This document shows positions 7,157-16,588 of a stretch of 32,000 nt of DNA, piece after piece. How positions within the stretch are numbered: position 1 is the stretch's first letter; each line of letters begins with the position of its first letter. Origin of the DNA: Massilicoli timonensis (GTDB lineage: Bacteria > Bacillota_I > Bacilli_A > Erysipelotrichales > Erysipelotrichaceae); NCBI RefSeq assembly GCF_900199515.1, contig NZ_LT963434.1, positions 1,742,180 through 1,774,179 on the forward strand. Reading direction: 5' to 3'. The notes beneath the pieces are model-generated. The model saw only the letters and a list, made by a program, of their open reading frames with translations, ran no database searches and was not told the origin of the DNA. The position numbers and the translations under genes are program-made.

Positions 7157-10100
7157 TTACCGTGCCAGCTCCGCAACCCTCCGGGCAGGCACATCCTCGC
7201 CCTCGTCTGGGGTATCGTCCATCAATGTCTTGTCCTTCTCATCCATGTTGAGCAGAATATTCAGCTCTTTCAAACGGGCTGTTTTCTCCGCCAGCTCCTC
7301 CTCGCGGGCAAAAGGTGTAGCCAATTCCGTGCGGGCGTTTTCAAGCTGGGCCTTGGTTTCCTCCAGGCTGTTCTGCTCGGCCTGCAGGCTGCCTGCAAGG
7401 TTTTCCAGAGCGTTGTCCAGGCGGGTGATATTGCCGAACACATCCGCCCCCAGCGTCACCGTATGGGAAAGAGTGCCTTTGAGCGTGATCCGATACTCGT
7501 TGCTCCTGCCATCATAAGCCAGCACCATGGAAAAGCCCCGGTACTGCCCCAAAAGAACAGCGTCGGAACCTGTCATACGGGTGCAAACATCAATGATAGC
7601 CTTGCCGGCGCCCTCTTTTTCGGTGTAGTGCCTGCCATCCACCTCCATGCCGCAGAAGCCCTCCTGGGCCTTGGGGTGGGCCGCCGCCAGCGCCACATCC
7701 TGCTCATAGCCCGCGATCCGTTCCGTGAGCCGGGTGATTTCCTCCGGGTATTTCCGATACACCAGTTCCTCCAGAGCGTACACCTGGTTCAAGTGGCTGG
7801 CTTTCAGCATATTGAGCCGCGCCACCTCCATATCCAGGTTGCACTTCTCGATAATAAGTGGGTTGCCGGTGGCCAATGCCTTGATTTCCGAATAGCTGAG
7901 GGCAGTTTCATCTACATCATCCGCCACACGGACGGGGGCCTTGCTGGTCATGATCTGGGCGATGAACTTCTGCTTGTTCTCCACAAGCTGGTAGAGGTAA
8001 GCGTCAAAAGTGCCTTCCGTTACATACCGATAGATTTCCACCTCCTCATTTTCATTGCCCTGGCGGACGATACGCCCCAGCCGCTGCTGAAGGTCGGAAG
8101 GCCGCCAGGGGCAGTCCAGGTCATGCAGGGCAATGAGCTTATCCTGGACGTTAGTGCCTGCGCCCATTTTGGCCGTGGAACCCAGCAGCACCCGCACCTG
8201 CCCGGCGCGCACCTTGGAAAACAGCTCCTTCTTTTTGGCTTCGCTGTCTGCCGTGTGGATAAAGGCGATTTCTTCTTCCGGGATACCGGCGTCCATCAGT
8301 TTCTTTTTTAGGTCGTCATAAACACTGAAAGAGCCATCGGTAGTAGGTGTGGACAGGTCGCAGAATACAAGCTGGGCAGAGCGTTTTTCTTTAGTCTGTT
8401 CCCAGATGCGGAACACATTCCGGGCGCAGACAGCCACCTTGCCATTGGGGTCGTCGGCAGCGAGAGGGTTGATGAGCCGCATATCCAGCGCCAATTTCCG
8501 CCCGTCATTGGTAATGCGGAGCATATTGTCCACATGGGGGTCAACCCCACCGGCACGGATTTTCTCTGCCCGTTCCGCCAGCCCTCTTATCATCTCTTTC
8601 TGAAGCTCCGAGGGCTGGATCACTTCCGTGTGGAAGTTTGCCTTGGGAACAGGCAGACAAAGCATATCCGCTGTTTGGATGTCGGCAACCTCCTTGAAAG
8701 CAGCCATCAGCTCCGGCAGGTTATAAAACTTGGCAAACCGGGTTTTGGCTCGGTAGCCGGTGCCCTCCGGCGATAACTCGATGGCTGTAACCGTTTCTCC
8801 GAAGCTCCCCGCCCAGTCATCGAAATGGACAAGGCCCATCTCCTGCAGGAGCCTGTACTGCAAATACCTCTGGATGGTGTAAAGCTCTACCATGGAGTTG
8901 GAGATAGGGGTGCCGGTGGCAAAAATCACGCCGCGCCCGCCGGTCAACTCGTCCAGATACTGCGTTTTCATGAACAGGTCGCTGGATTTCTGGGCTTCGG
9001 TCTGGGCAATGCCGCCCACGTTTCGCATTTTTGTCGCCAAAAACAAGTTCTTAAAATAATGGCTCTCATCAATAAAGAGCCTGTCCACGCCGAGCTGCTC
9101 AAAGGTGACGGTGTCATCCTTGCGGCTCTGGTCGTTGAGCTTGGCCAGCCTTGTCTCCAGCGATTTCCGGGTACGCTCCATCTGCTTGACCGTGTAGCGT
9201 TCCGCCTTCTGTGCCTTGGCCTGCTCGATTCCTTCCAGGATTTCTTCAATCTGGCGCTCCAAAATGGCCTGCTGGCGCTCCAGGCTCATGGGGATTTTTT
9301 CAAACTGGCTGTGGCCGATGATGATGGCGTCGTAGTCCCCGGTGGCAATGCGGCTGCAAAACTTCTTGCGATTCTGGGTTTCAAAATCTTTTTTCGTAGC
9401 AACCAAGATATTGGCGCTGGGATAGAGTTGAAGCCATTCCGCCGCCCACTGTTCCGTGATGTGATTTGGCGCCACGATCAGTGACTTGGTGCAAAGCCCC
9501 AGGCGCTTCATCTCCATGGCGGCTGCCACCATCTCGTAGGTTTTGCCTGCCCCTACCTCGTGGGCCAGCAGGGTGTTTCCGCCGTACAAAATGTGCGCAA
9601 TGGCATTGATCTGATGGGGACGTAAGGAAATTTCCGGGTTCATGCCTTCAAACCGGATGTGCCGCCCATCATATTCACGGGGGCGGACGCCGTTGAAGGT
9701 TTCGTTGTAAATGCGGCACAGCAGTTCCCGGCGGTCGATGTCTTTCCAGATCCACTCGGCAAACTTCTGCTTGATGAGTTCCTGCCGGTCCTGGGCAATC
9801 GCGGTTTCTTTTTTGTTGAGGACAGGCTTTTTCTTGCCGTTCTCGTCCTCAATATAGTCAAATACCCGCACATCCCTTTGATTTAGAGTCTGCTCCAAGA
9901 TGTGGTAGGCGCTCATCCGCTTGGTGCCGTAGGTGGTATTGGCTTTTACATTGCTGCGGTCGGCGTTTTTCTCCCGGATGCTCCATTGGCCGGTGGCTTC
10001 GGAGCGCAGGATTTTGATACGGTCCCGCACATAGTAATTGGGGGTGAGCAGCTCCACCATGAATTGCTGGTACACCTCGATGGGCACCCAGTTCGCGCCA

Positions 10101-13100
10101 ATGCGCACCCCAATTTCACCAGCGCCCAGGTCCTGGGGCTGGACGGCCTCCAAAGCCTCCACATTCCGGCGGGCGGTTTCCTTCTGATTGTCAGGGGCCA
10201 CTTCCAGGAATGCTTTTGCCATCCGCAGCTTTTGGCGCACTTTCCCGGAAAGGTACTCATCCGCCGTGACAAGAGGATAGCGGCTCAAATCCGCCAAAGA
10301 AGGCAGGATGTCCTCCGGGTTCTCCGCACAGCGAATATCCCGGTAGATCACCCCGGCAAGCTCTTTTTCCAGTTCCTCCGGGGATTTACCCGACAGCTCT
10401 GCCATATAGTCCATATCCACACGGGCTTTTTCCGAAATGGACACCGCCAACGCTTCACTGGCTGTATCCACACTGGTGACAGCCACATGGGGCCGGATGG
10501 TGCGCCGGGTGAACATATCGGCTTTTCTTTTTAGGTTGCCCTGCTCATCCAGCACCTCCAGAGAGCACAAGAGGCAGTAGCTGGAGTCCTCCGAAAAGGC
10601 CAGCTTGTTGCCGCGACTGTTCAGCAGCCCATACTTGGCGGTGAAGCTGTCGTAAAGGGCGTTGAGCTTTTGCTGCTCGGCTGCAATATCCTCATCCGGG
10701 TAGCCTTCGGTCTGGTACTCAATAAGCCTGCGGGTACATTCCCGCAGCTCGATCATGCCACGGATACGGTTTTCCGCCGTGACGGAGACTTCCACCGGGT
10801 GCATGAGACTGTTTTCTCGGTAGTATACTTGCCCATCTGCAATCGTGTAGCTGAAATTCTTCACTGTGGGGTCGGCAGGGATGGAGCGATCTTCCTCCTC
10901 GTCCAGCTCCTCCAGCTCATAGGGCTTGATTTCCGCCTGCAAAAACTGGATGGCATTGGCAAGCTGCTCGGATAAATCTTCCCCCTCGCGGGCTTTGCAG
11001 GCGCTGTCCGGCCCGAACCGTGTGGATTCCATCACCATGTCGCCCAAAATCATCTCCGGGTGCTGCACGAAATAGCGGTTCATGCGGATTCCGTTTTCAT
11101 CGGTGTCCAAATGCACCCAATCCTGGTCTAAATCGGTGATGTGGTCGCGCTTTTGCAGAAAGATGATGTCGCTGGTCACTTCCGTTCCGGCGTTCTGCTT
11201 GAAGGTGTTATCCGGCAGGCGGATGGCCCCGATCAGGTCGGCGCGCTGTGCCAGGTACTTTCGGACGCTGGAGTTTTCCTTGTCCAGAGTGCCTTTGCTG
11301 GTAATGAACGCCACAATACCGCCGGGCCGCACCTTGTCCAGCGTCTTTCCGAAGAAATAGTCGTGGATCAGCCAGTGGTGCTTGTCGTACCGTTTATCCA
11401 GCACTTTGAAATCCCCAAAGGGGACGTTGCCCACGGCTACATCAAAAAAGCTGTCGGGCATTTGCACAGTTTCAAAGCCGTTTACGGAAATGTTGGCATT
11501 CTGGTAAAGCTGGCCCGCAATCCGCCCGGAAATGGAATCCAGCTCTACGCCATAGGCTTTGCTGCCCGCCAAATCTGTGGGGAGCAAGCCAAGGAAATTG
11601 CCGGTGCCGCAGGACGGTTCCAAAATGTTCCCCTGGGTAAAGCCCATCTGGGACAGGGCCTTGTAGATTCCCCGGATAACCACAGGCGGCGTGTAAAAGG
11701 CGGTGAGGGTGCTGGCCCTGGCCGCCGCGTATTCCTCTGAATCCAGCAGGGATTTCAGCTCCTCATAGTGGGGGCTGGTTTCCTCAAAGCAGTTTGCAAG
11801 GCCGCCCCAGCCCACATAGCGGGACAGGATTTCCTGTTCTTCGGGCGTGGCCAGCCGTTCCTCAGCTTCGATCTGCTTCAAGGTGCGGATGGCGGCAGCA
11901 TTGGCCGCGTATTTCTCGCTGGGGATGCCGTGGCCCAGGGCGTCATCGGTGATGTGGAAATCATGGCGCTGATCCCTGGGGACCTCCGGGTGCAGGGTTG
12001 TGAAAGTAATGCGCTCACGGCGGGGGTGCTTCGGCGGCAGTGGGAGTGCTTCTTCTTTTTTAGGCTGTAAATCGGCCTGCTCTGGGCTGGCTGGCTGTTC
12101 CTCTGCGGCAGGGGCTTGTTTTGCCTGCTCAATGGCTCGTTCATCAGGGAAGTTCCCGTAAACCCGCAGCCATCTGTTCTCCTGAAGGTCATAGATACCC
12201 GCGCCATCATAGGCAAAGCCATCCTCGCCCTCCATGGTGCCGGCCACATATTTCTGCGCAGCTTGTTCGGCCTTCGCCAGCGTTTGGTAATCCAGCTGTT
12301 CATCAAAGCCATTTTCAAAGTGATGGTACACCACCACTTCGTAAGGCGGCTCCATGCGCTGGGCGTAGCGGTCGATGTCCTCCATGGTGAGCCATTCCGG
12401 TTTTTCCGGCAGGGCGTCATAGAGTTCCCGCATTTTGGCGATTTGCTCTCGCACGTTCCCAGCCCACAGGTGCTTTTCCGCCCGTCCGCCAGCGCCCAGG
12501 AAGTAATCGCAGTCGGCTTTCAGGCGGCTGAGTAAACGGTAGTCATCTGAACGCTGCTCCAGCGTGGCACCGATGGATTCAAGTTCTTCATCGGAAACGG
12601 AAATGAGGTCATCAAAATCCAGCTCGGCCAGCTCGTTCTGGATGAGTTCGTCCAGGCTCTCATACTGCCTGCGCTCCAAAAACTGCCCGTCCAGATAACG
12701 CTCAATGCGGTAATGGACCAAATCTGCATTGACCTGGATGGGGATTTCCTCATCGGTGACGGTGGTGTAGGCAATGCCCACCTTTTCCAGATCACTGAAA
12801 TCGGCTGGGCTGCCATACTCGGCCACGCAGAAATCGTTGATAAACTCTTTGGCTATCTCCAGAGAAGCAGGTTCCGGCTCCTCGGACAAAAAGCCTCGCT
12901 CAATGAAGTCAGCAACATCCTGGCTGTTACCTTTACCGCCATGGGCACGGTAATCCATCAAACCTTCTTCGACCAGTTCGCTGGATACCGCATATCCGGC
13001 CTCCTCCAGATAACCGGCGATTTCTGCTATCTGCGCCTGTTCCGGGGAAAGGGCCGGGGGCAGCTCCGCGATCTGCTCCATACAGAGGGAGATGTCCACC

Positions 13101-16100
13101 GCGATTTCTTCTTCCGGGTCCGCATGGTCCAGGAAGGATTGAAGCAGTCTGCGGATTTCTTCCCGCTGAACGGGGTCGTGAAGCTGCTGGGCGATATTCT
13201 CCACCGCCTGAGCGTCATCTTCGCCATAGCCCATGCGGGAACCGTCAAACTCTCCCACAAAGCGCAGCACCTGGGCGGCCAGCTCCGGGTAGGGGTCTGC
13301 CAGTTCTTCTTTTTGAGGCGGTCCCTGTACCCTGGGCGGCACGGCGAATACCGGCGCGTCCTGGGTGGCGGAAATAGTCATTTCCGAAGTGTCAGCAATC
13401 CACTGGATTTCCTCCCGCACTGCCTGGGGCATTTCCTCATCATAAATCGTTACCGTGCGATCCGGCGCGATGTGGGCAACCGTTTTGTAGTCCCCGTGTT
13501 CTTCCTCCAGCCGGTTCCACACGGTAAGCCCATTTCCCAGATGGCCATAGCCCAGGTCGTAGGCTTTCGCCTGCGGCATGGTGGGAGCCACCGGCTCCTT
13601 GTGCTCCGCAAAGAGCGTGAAGGTTCCCTGTCGGAAGGCGGCGAGGTTTTCAAACGCCTGCCGGCGCAGGGCGTACATCCTGTCATCCTGCGGGGTGGCC
13701 TCCCAAATGGGGACCATCATCTGATAGATTTCTTCCACACGGGCCGGGTCATCAAGCTGCGGCTCAATGAGCTTCACTGCGTCCCAATAGTCAAAGCCAA
13801 AGGGATAGGGGTGGGGCTGCTCTTGTGGCACGTTCTCAAAGAAAGTGCGGATATTCCGGGCAAGCTGGTGCTTCTCATACTGCGGCATGGCGGCGCGGTC
13901 CTCATCGGTGAGGAACCGCCCCTGGGCGATCATGGCGCTGACGCGCTTTTCCACGGCGGGCCATTTCAGCTCCACCTTGGCGTAGGGGGCGGTGATACTG
14001 CCATGGCTGAAAGAAACGCCTTTACTGAGCTGGTAGGTCACATCGTCATTCCCACTGGAATGGCCGCTGTACTCGCCGTGGTAGTGCTTTAAGAAATTCT
14101 CCCGTTCCTTGCGCTCTGTGTGGTTGCGGTAGAAAGAATACACGGCCAGCCGGTAATCCGTGCTGCGTTTCCCGCCCCGCAGAAGGTTGTCAATCTCGTC
14201 CCCGGAGATAAAGAAACGCCGCTGGGGATCGTACCCTTCGGCGGCGGTAAAGTGCAGCGGTTCCCGCTGCAGGTCAGAAAGCTGCTCCAGCAATTTTTGC
14301 GGACGGTGGAAATGGAACCGCAGCAGTTCCCGGTTCTCTCTGTATGCCTGGACAAACTGCTCCAGCTCATCCCGCAGGTTCTGCAGCCCCTCCGGATGGC
14401 CTAACAAATCGCTGATGGCGGCGCTTTCCTCTGGAAACCCATGATTTTTGCCGTAAATGGCATTCACCGTGGGAAGATAGCCCGCGTCGGCGGTGCCTTC
14501 TGCAAAATCCTGCCGGAGATACCATAGCTGCGCGGCCCGTTGCTGGCGTTCATACCCGTCCACCCGGTCCAGCTCGCTCTGGGGCATATACCGGCCCAAA
14601 TCCAGCAGTTCCCGGATACGGGCCGCCGCCTGTTCCCAGGGGATGAGGGTGGCGCTGGAACGCTGGGCGCTTTCGCCCTGGGCAATGCGGATTCCCTCTG
14701 CGTTGTACCAGATGGCATACTGCCGGCCATCCAGATAAAAGCCCGCGCCGTTCTCGCCATAGTGCTCCGCCAGGAACCGGGCATTGTCCGGCTTATCCTT
14801 TTTGAAATAGGCGCAGATGATGAGGCGGCTGTTTTGGTCGTTGGCACCAATGCACAGCGCCTCGTCGATTACCTGCTGAGGCAGTGCCGGGTGAGGGAAA
14901 ATGGATGGTTGGGCCGTACCCTCGGCCTGGGCTGGCTGCTGAAACGCCGCAAAATCAAAAAGGGACATCTGCTGGCTCTCCTGGGTAAGGAGCTGCGGGA
15001 TGTCCGTCTGAATGAAATATTCTTTTTTGTCAATGAGCTGGGCAGTCCACTGGGCCACAATATCCCAGGAAAAAACGGATTCCTTGGTGCGGGATGGGTA
15101 AGAGCCTTCCCACATGAGCAGGCCATTCTCCTGGGGCTTATATCCCAGGCGCTGCCCGTCAGCGATGATTTCGGTGTACCGGTCCTGATAGGCAGATCTC
15201 AGATATTCCGCCCGTTCCTGAACGTCGCTGTGAACCGAGAAGAAAAGCTCAATCTGATTTTTCTTATATTTCAGGTCATCATCCTTGTTGGCGATGATGG
15301 CCATGATCTGCTTTTCATCCAAAAGCGCAGGGAGCTGTTCGCCGCCTGCGCTTTCTTCCTGTTCTTCATTTAGCTGTAAATCAGTTCCGCCAGCACCGTT
15401 TCCTCCGCCGCGTTCTGCAGGTTGTTCATCATCTGCACCCACTTCATCTGGTCGCTGGCTTTCAGTTCCTCCGTCACGCCCTGGGCTTTCGCCATCTGCG
15501 CTACGATTTCCTCCATCCGGCGCTGGGCCGTCTGCTGGACCTCCGCCAGATGACTGTTCAGTTTGCCGCTGGTCAACAGGTTCGTGTACGTCACCCTGCG
15601 GTGCTCCTTGAGGAACTTCTTCCGAAGCAATGCGTATTTCCCATGGGGAACCGGCTCCTCCTGGGGAGGCAGAAGGTTCGGCAGATTGTAGTCGCCCTGC
15701 CTGGTGTAAGTGATCTCGGTCATATTCAAAACTCCTTTCCGGCTGTGTGTTTTCCTGTTCAGTTACAGCATACTGGTTTTTCTGCTGGGGTTCAAATGTG
15801 CGATTTTCTTTTTGGGGCTGTCTTTGCAGGGCAAGGACCGTGCGGGAAATGGCGGAAAGGCACATCTGAGAGATGTCCCCGGTGGCCACGCCCAAAGCGT
15901 TCAGGGTCTGTGGGGTGTTGAAATTCAGCACACCCCGAAAATCCTCATCTTCAAAATATCCAGACGGGTCAAGGCCGCAGCGCACCAGCAGCATATATCC
16001 AATGCTGTTTTGCACCGCCCTGCGGTATTCCACCTCCAGGTTCAGCTCGTCCAGTTCTTCCAGAAAGCTGCCTTCCGTAAGGGTTTTCAATTCAGAAAGA

Positions 16101-16570
16101 TAGTCGGGCATATTATCCTCCACGGCGTTCTTTGCCGTAGAGAGCAGGGCTTCACCCAAATTCTCCTTGTGCTCCAGTTCTCCAAAGCTGTTTTCCAGCG
16201 TTTCGATGATGTCCGGCGCGTATTCCTCCCGCACCGTCCAAAGGGGGACGGGCCGTGGGAACCGGGCTTCATGGGTATCGGAAATATCAAAGTAATACTT
16301 CAGCCGGGGCTTGCCATTGTGTTCACCGTCAAAAACAGCAATGCCGTTTGCGCCCCGGTTTACCCAGCGCCCAAATTGCCGGTTCCATCGCTCGATCTCC
16401 AGGACGGCGGTGGCGTCTGGGCGCTGGGCGTAGACAAGCAGTTGTTCATCGAAAGAAAGCCGGTAGTTACGGCAGGCAGAAGCCAGAAACGCCCGCCACT
16501 GGTCGGGAGCTGTCACGCTGCGCTGCGTTTCCTGGTACAGCTCCGTCAAGGCTTTATATCGTATCGCCAT
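7157..16570 (-). CDS. Giant polyvalent protein: ArdC-N-like N-terminus, low-complexity linker, several uncharacterised domains, N6-adenine DNA methyltransferase, SNF2/DEAD-type helicase, coiled-coil C-terminus
   Basis: The ORF is open for 3,137 codons with SD AAAAGGAGG. The N-terminal segment is YRLSFDEQLLVYAQRPDATAVLEIERWNRQFGRWVNRGANGIAVFD. Methyltransferase motif I is LEPSCGTGNFLG (nt 11588-11623) and motif IV is GNVPFGDF (11408-11431). The helicase Walker A is AHEVGAGKTYEM (9530-9565), the DEAH-type box is FIDESHYFKN (9047-9076), and the motif VI-like sequence is QQRLGRIVRQGN (8054-8089). Confidence 0.85.
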   Translation of the reverse strand: MAIRYKALTELYQETQRSVTAPDQWRAFLASACRNYRLSFDEQLLVYAQRPDATAVLEIERWNRQFGRWVNRGANGIAVFDGEHNGKPRLKYYFDISDTHEARFPRPVPLWTVREEYAPDIIETLENSFGELEHKENLGEALLSTAKNAVEDNMPDYLSELKTLTEGSFLEELDELNLEVEYRRAVQNSIGYMLLVRCGLDPSGYFEDEDFRGVLNFNTPQTLNALGVATGDISQMCLSAISRTVLALQRQPQKENRTFEPQQKNQYAVTEQENTQPERSFEYDRDHLHQAGRLQSAEPSASPGGAGSPWEIRIASEEVPQGAPQGDVHEPVDQRQTEQSSGGGPADGPAPDGGNRSADGESPGRDGGTESQRPDEVGADDEQPAERGGGNGAGGTDLQLNEEQEESAGGEQLPALLDEKQIMAIIANKDDDLKYKKNQIELFFSVHSDVQERAEYLRSAYQDRYTEIIADGQRLGYKPQENGLLMWEGSYPSRTKESVFSWDIVAQWTAQLIDKKEYFIQTDIPQLLTQESQQMSLFDFAAFQQPAQAEGTAQPSIFPHPALPQQVIDEALCIGANDQNSRLIICAYFKKDKPDNARFLAEHYGENGAGFYLDGRQYAIWYNAEGIRIAQGESAQRSSATLIPWEQAAARIRELLDLGRYMPQSELDRVDGYERQQRAAQLWYLRQDFAEGTADAGYLPTVNAIYGKNHGFPEESAAISDLLGHPEGLQNLRDELEQFVQAYRENRELLRFHFHRPQKLLEQLSDLQREPLHFTAAEGYDPQRRFFISGDEIDNLLRGGKRSTDYRLAVYSFYRNHTERKERENFLKHYHGEYSGHSSGNDDVTYQLSKGVSFSHGSITAPYAKVELKWPAVEKRVSAMIAQGRFLTDEDRAAMPQYEKHQLARNIRTFFENVPQEQPHPYPFGFDYWDAVKLIEPQLDDPARVEEIYQMMVPIWEATPQDDRMYALRRQAFENLAAFRQGTFTLFAEHKEPVAPTMPQAKAYDLGYGHLGNGLTVWNRLEEEHGDYKTVAHIAPDRTVTIYDEEMPQAVREEIQWIADTSEMTISATQDAPVFAVPPRVQGPPQKEELADPYPELAAQVLRFVGEFDGSRMGYGEDDAQAVENIAQQLHDPVQREEIRRLLQSFLDHADPEEEIAVDISLCMEQIAELPPALSPEQAQIAEIAGYLEEAGYAVSSELVEEGLMDYRAHGGKGNSQDVADFIERGFLSEEPEPASLEIAKEFINDFCVAEYGSPADFSDLEKVGIAYTTVTDEEIPIQVNADLVHYRIERYLDGQFLERRQYESLDELIQNELAELDFDDLISVSDEELESIGATLEQRSDDYRLLSRLKADCDYFLGAGGRAEKHLWAGNVREQIAKMRELYDALPEKPEWLTMEDIDRYAQRMEPPYEVVVYHHFENGFDEQLDYQTLAKAEQAAQKYVAGTMEGEDGFAYDGAGIYDLQENRWLRVYGNFPDERAIEQAKQAPAAEEQPASPEQADLQPKKEEALPLPPKHPRRERITFTTLHPEVPRDQRHDFHITDDALGHGIPSEKYAANAAAIRTLKQIEAEERLATPEEQEILSRYVGWGGLANCFEETSPHYEELKSLLDSEEYAAARASTLTAFYTPPVVIRGIYKALSQMGFTQGNILEPSCGTGNFLGLLPTDLAGSKAYGVELDSISGRIAGQLYQNANISVNGFETVQMPDSFFDVAVGNVPFGDFKVLDKRYDKHHWLIHDYFFGKTLDKVRPGGIVAFITSKGTLDKENSSVRKYLAQRADLIGAIRLPDNTFKQNAGTEVTSDIIFLQKRDHITDLDQDWVHLDTDENGIRMNRYFVQHPEMILGDMVMESTRFGPDSACKAREGEDLSEQLANAIQFLQAEIKPYELEELDEEEDRSIPADPTVKNFSYTIADGQVYYRENSLMHPVEVSVTAENRIRGMIELRECTRRLIEYQTEGYPDEDIAAEQQKLNALYDSFTAKYGLLNSRGNKLAFSEDSSYCLLCSLEVLDEQGNLKRKADMFTRRTIRPHVAVTSVDTASEALAVSISEKARVDMDYMAELSGKSPEELEKELAGVIYRDIRCAENPEDILPSLADLSRYPLVTADEYLSGKVRQKLRMAKAFLEVAPDNQKETARRNVEALEAVQPQDLGAGEIGVRIGANWVPIEVYQQFMVELLTPNYYVRDRIKILRSEATGQWSIREKNADRSNVKANTTYGTKRMSAYHILEQTLNQRDVRVFDYIEDENGKKKPVLNKKETAIAQDRQELIKQKFAEWIWKDIDRRELLCRIYNETFNGVRPREYDGRHIRFEGMNPEISLRPHQINAIAHILYGGNTLLAHEVGAGKTYEMVAAAMEMKRLGLCTKSLIVAPNHITEQWAAEWLQLYPSANILVATKKDFETQNRKKFCSRIATGDYDAIIIGHSQFEKIPMSLERQQAILERQIEEILEGIEQAKAQKAERYTVKQMERTRKSLETRLAKLNDQSRKDDTVTFEQLGVDRLFIDESHYFKNLFLATKMRNVGGIAQTEAQKSSDLFMKTQYLDELTGGRGVIFATGTPISNSMVELYTIQRYLQYRLLQEMGLVHFDDWAGSFGETVTAIELSPEGTGYRAKTRFAKFYNLPELMAAFKEVADIQTADMLCLPVPKANFHTEVIQPSELQKEMIRGLAERAEKIRAGGVDPHVDNMLRITNDGRKLALDMRLINPLAADDPNGKVAVCARNVFRIWEQTKEKRSAQLVFCDLSTPTTDGSFSVYDDLKKKLMDAGIPEEEIAFIHTADSEAKKKELFSKVRAGQVRVLLGSTAKMGAGTNVQDKLIALHDLDCPWRPSDLQQRLGRIVRQGNENEEVEIYRYVTEGTFDAYLYQLVENKQKFIAQIMTSKAPVRVADDVDETALSYSEIKALATGNPLIIEKCNLDMEVARLNMLKASHLNQVYALEELVYRKYPEEITRLTERIAGYEQDVALAAAHPKAQEGFCGMEVDGRHYTEKEGAGKAIIDVCTRMTGSDAVLLGQYRGFSMVLAYDGRSNEYRITLKGTLSHTVTLGADVFGNITRLDNALENLAGSLQAEQNSLEETKAQLENARTELATPFAREEELAEKTARLKELNILLNMDEKDKTLMDDTPDEGEDVPARRVAELAR
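15370..15723 (-). CDS. tnpV: TnpV-family protein (117 aa) nested in the +1 frame inside the giant ORF
   Basis: The ATG at 15723 is preceded by GGAAAGGAGTTTTGAAT. The product is MTEITYTRQGDYNLPNL...GKYALLRKKFLKEHRRVTYTNLLTSGKLNSHLAEV...KASDQMKWVQMMNNLQNAAEETVLAELIYS, which matches the TnpV pattern I recall. About 97 of 117 codons end in G/C by hand count. Confidence 0.8.
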   Translation of the reverse strand: MTEITYTRQGDYNLPNLLPPQEEPVPHGKYALLRKKFLKEHRRVTYTNLLTSGKLNSHLAEVQQTAQRRMEEIVAQMAKAQGVTEELKASDQMKWVQMMNNLQNAAEETVLAELIYS

Positions 16571-16588
16571 CGGTTGCCCCTCCTTTTC

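Noticed and set aside
12713-14092. Long plus-strand ORFs antisense to the giant gene and other minus-strand genes (for example 12713..14092 at 459 aa, 15710..16888 at 392 aa, 7463..8311, 9902..10534, 1813..2904 at 363 aa)
   Set aside because: These are shadow ORFs of GC-rich coding sequence on the opposite strand. Their products are low-complexity (L/G/R/H/F/V-rich) with no motifs, and they lack ribosome binding sites. The minus-strand frames carry clear protein motifs.
7157-16570. Other same-strand alternative-frame ORFs inside the giant gene (for example 11878..12420 at 180 aa, 14464..14850 at 128 aa, 9946..10272, 8968..9249)
   Set aside because: Unlike the tnpV-like ORF, their products are R/P/S/W/C/T-rich nonsense-like strings. 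I saw no SD upstream of them. The giant frame keeps normal protein sequence and motifs across them.
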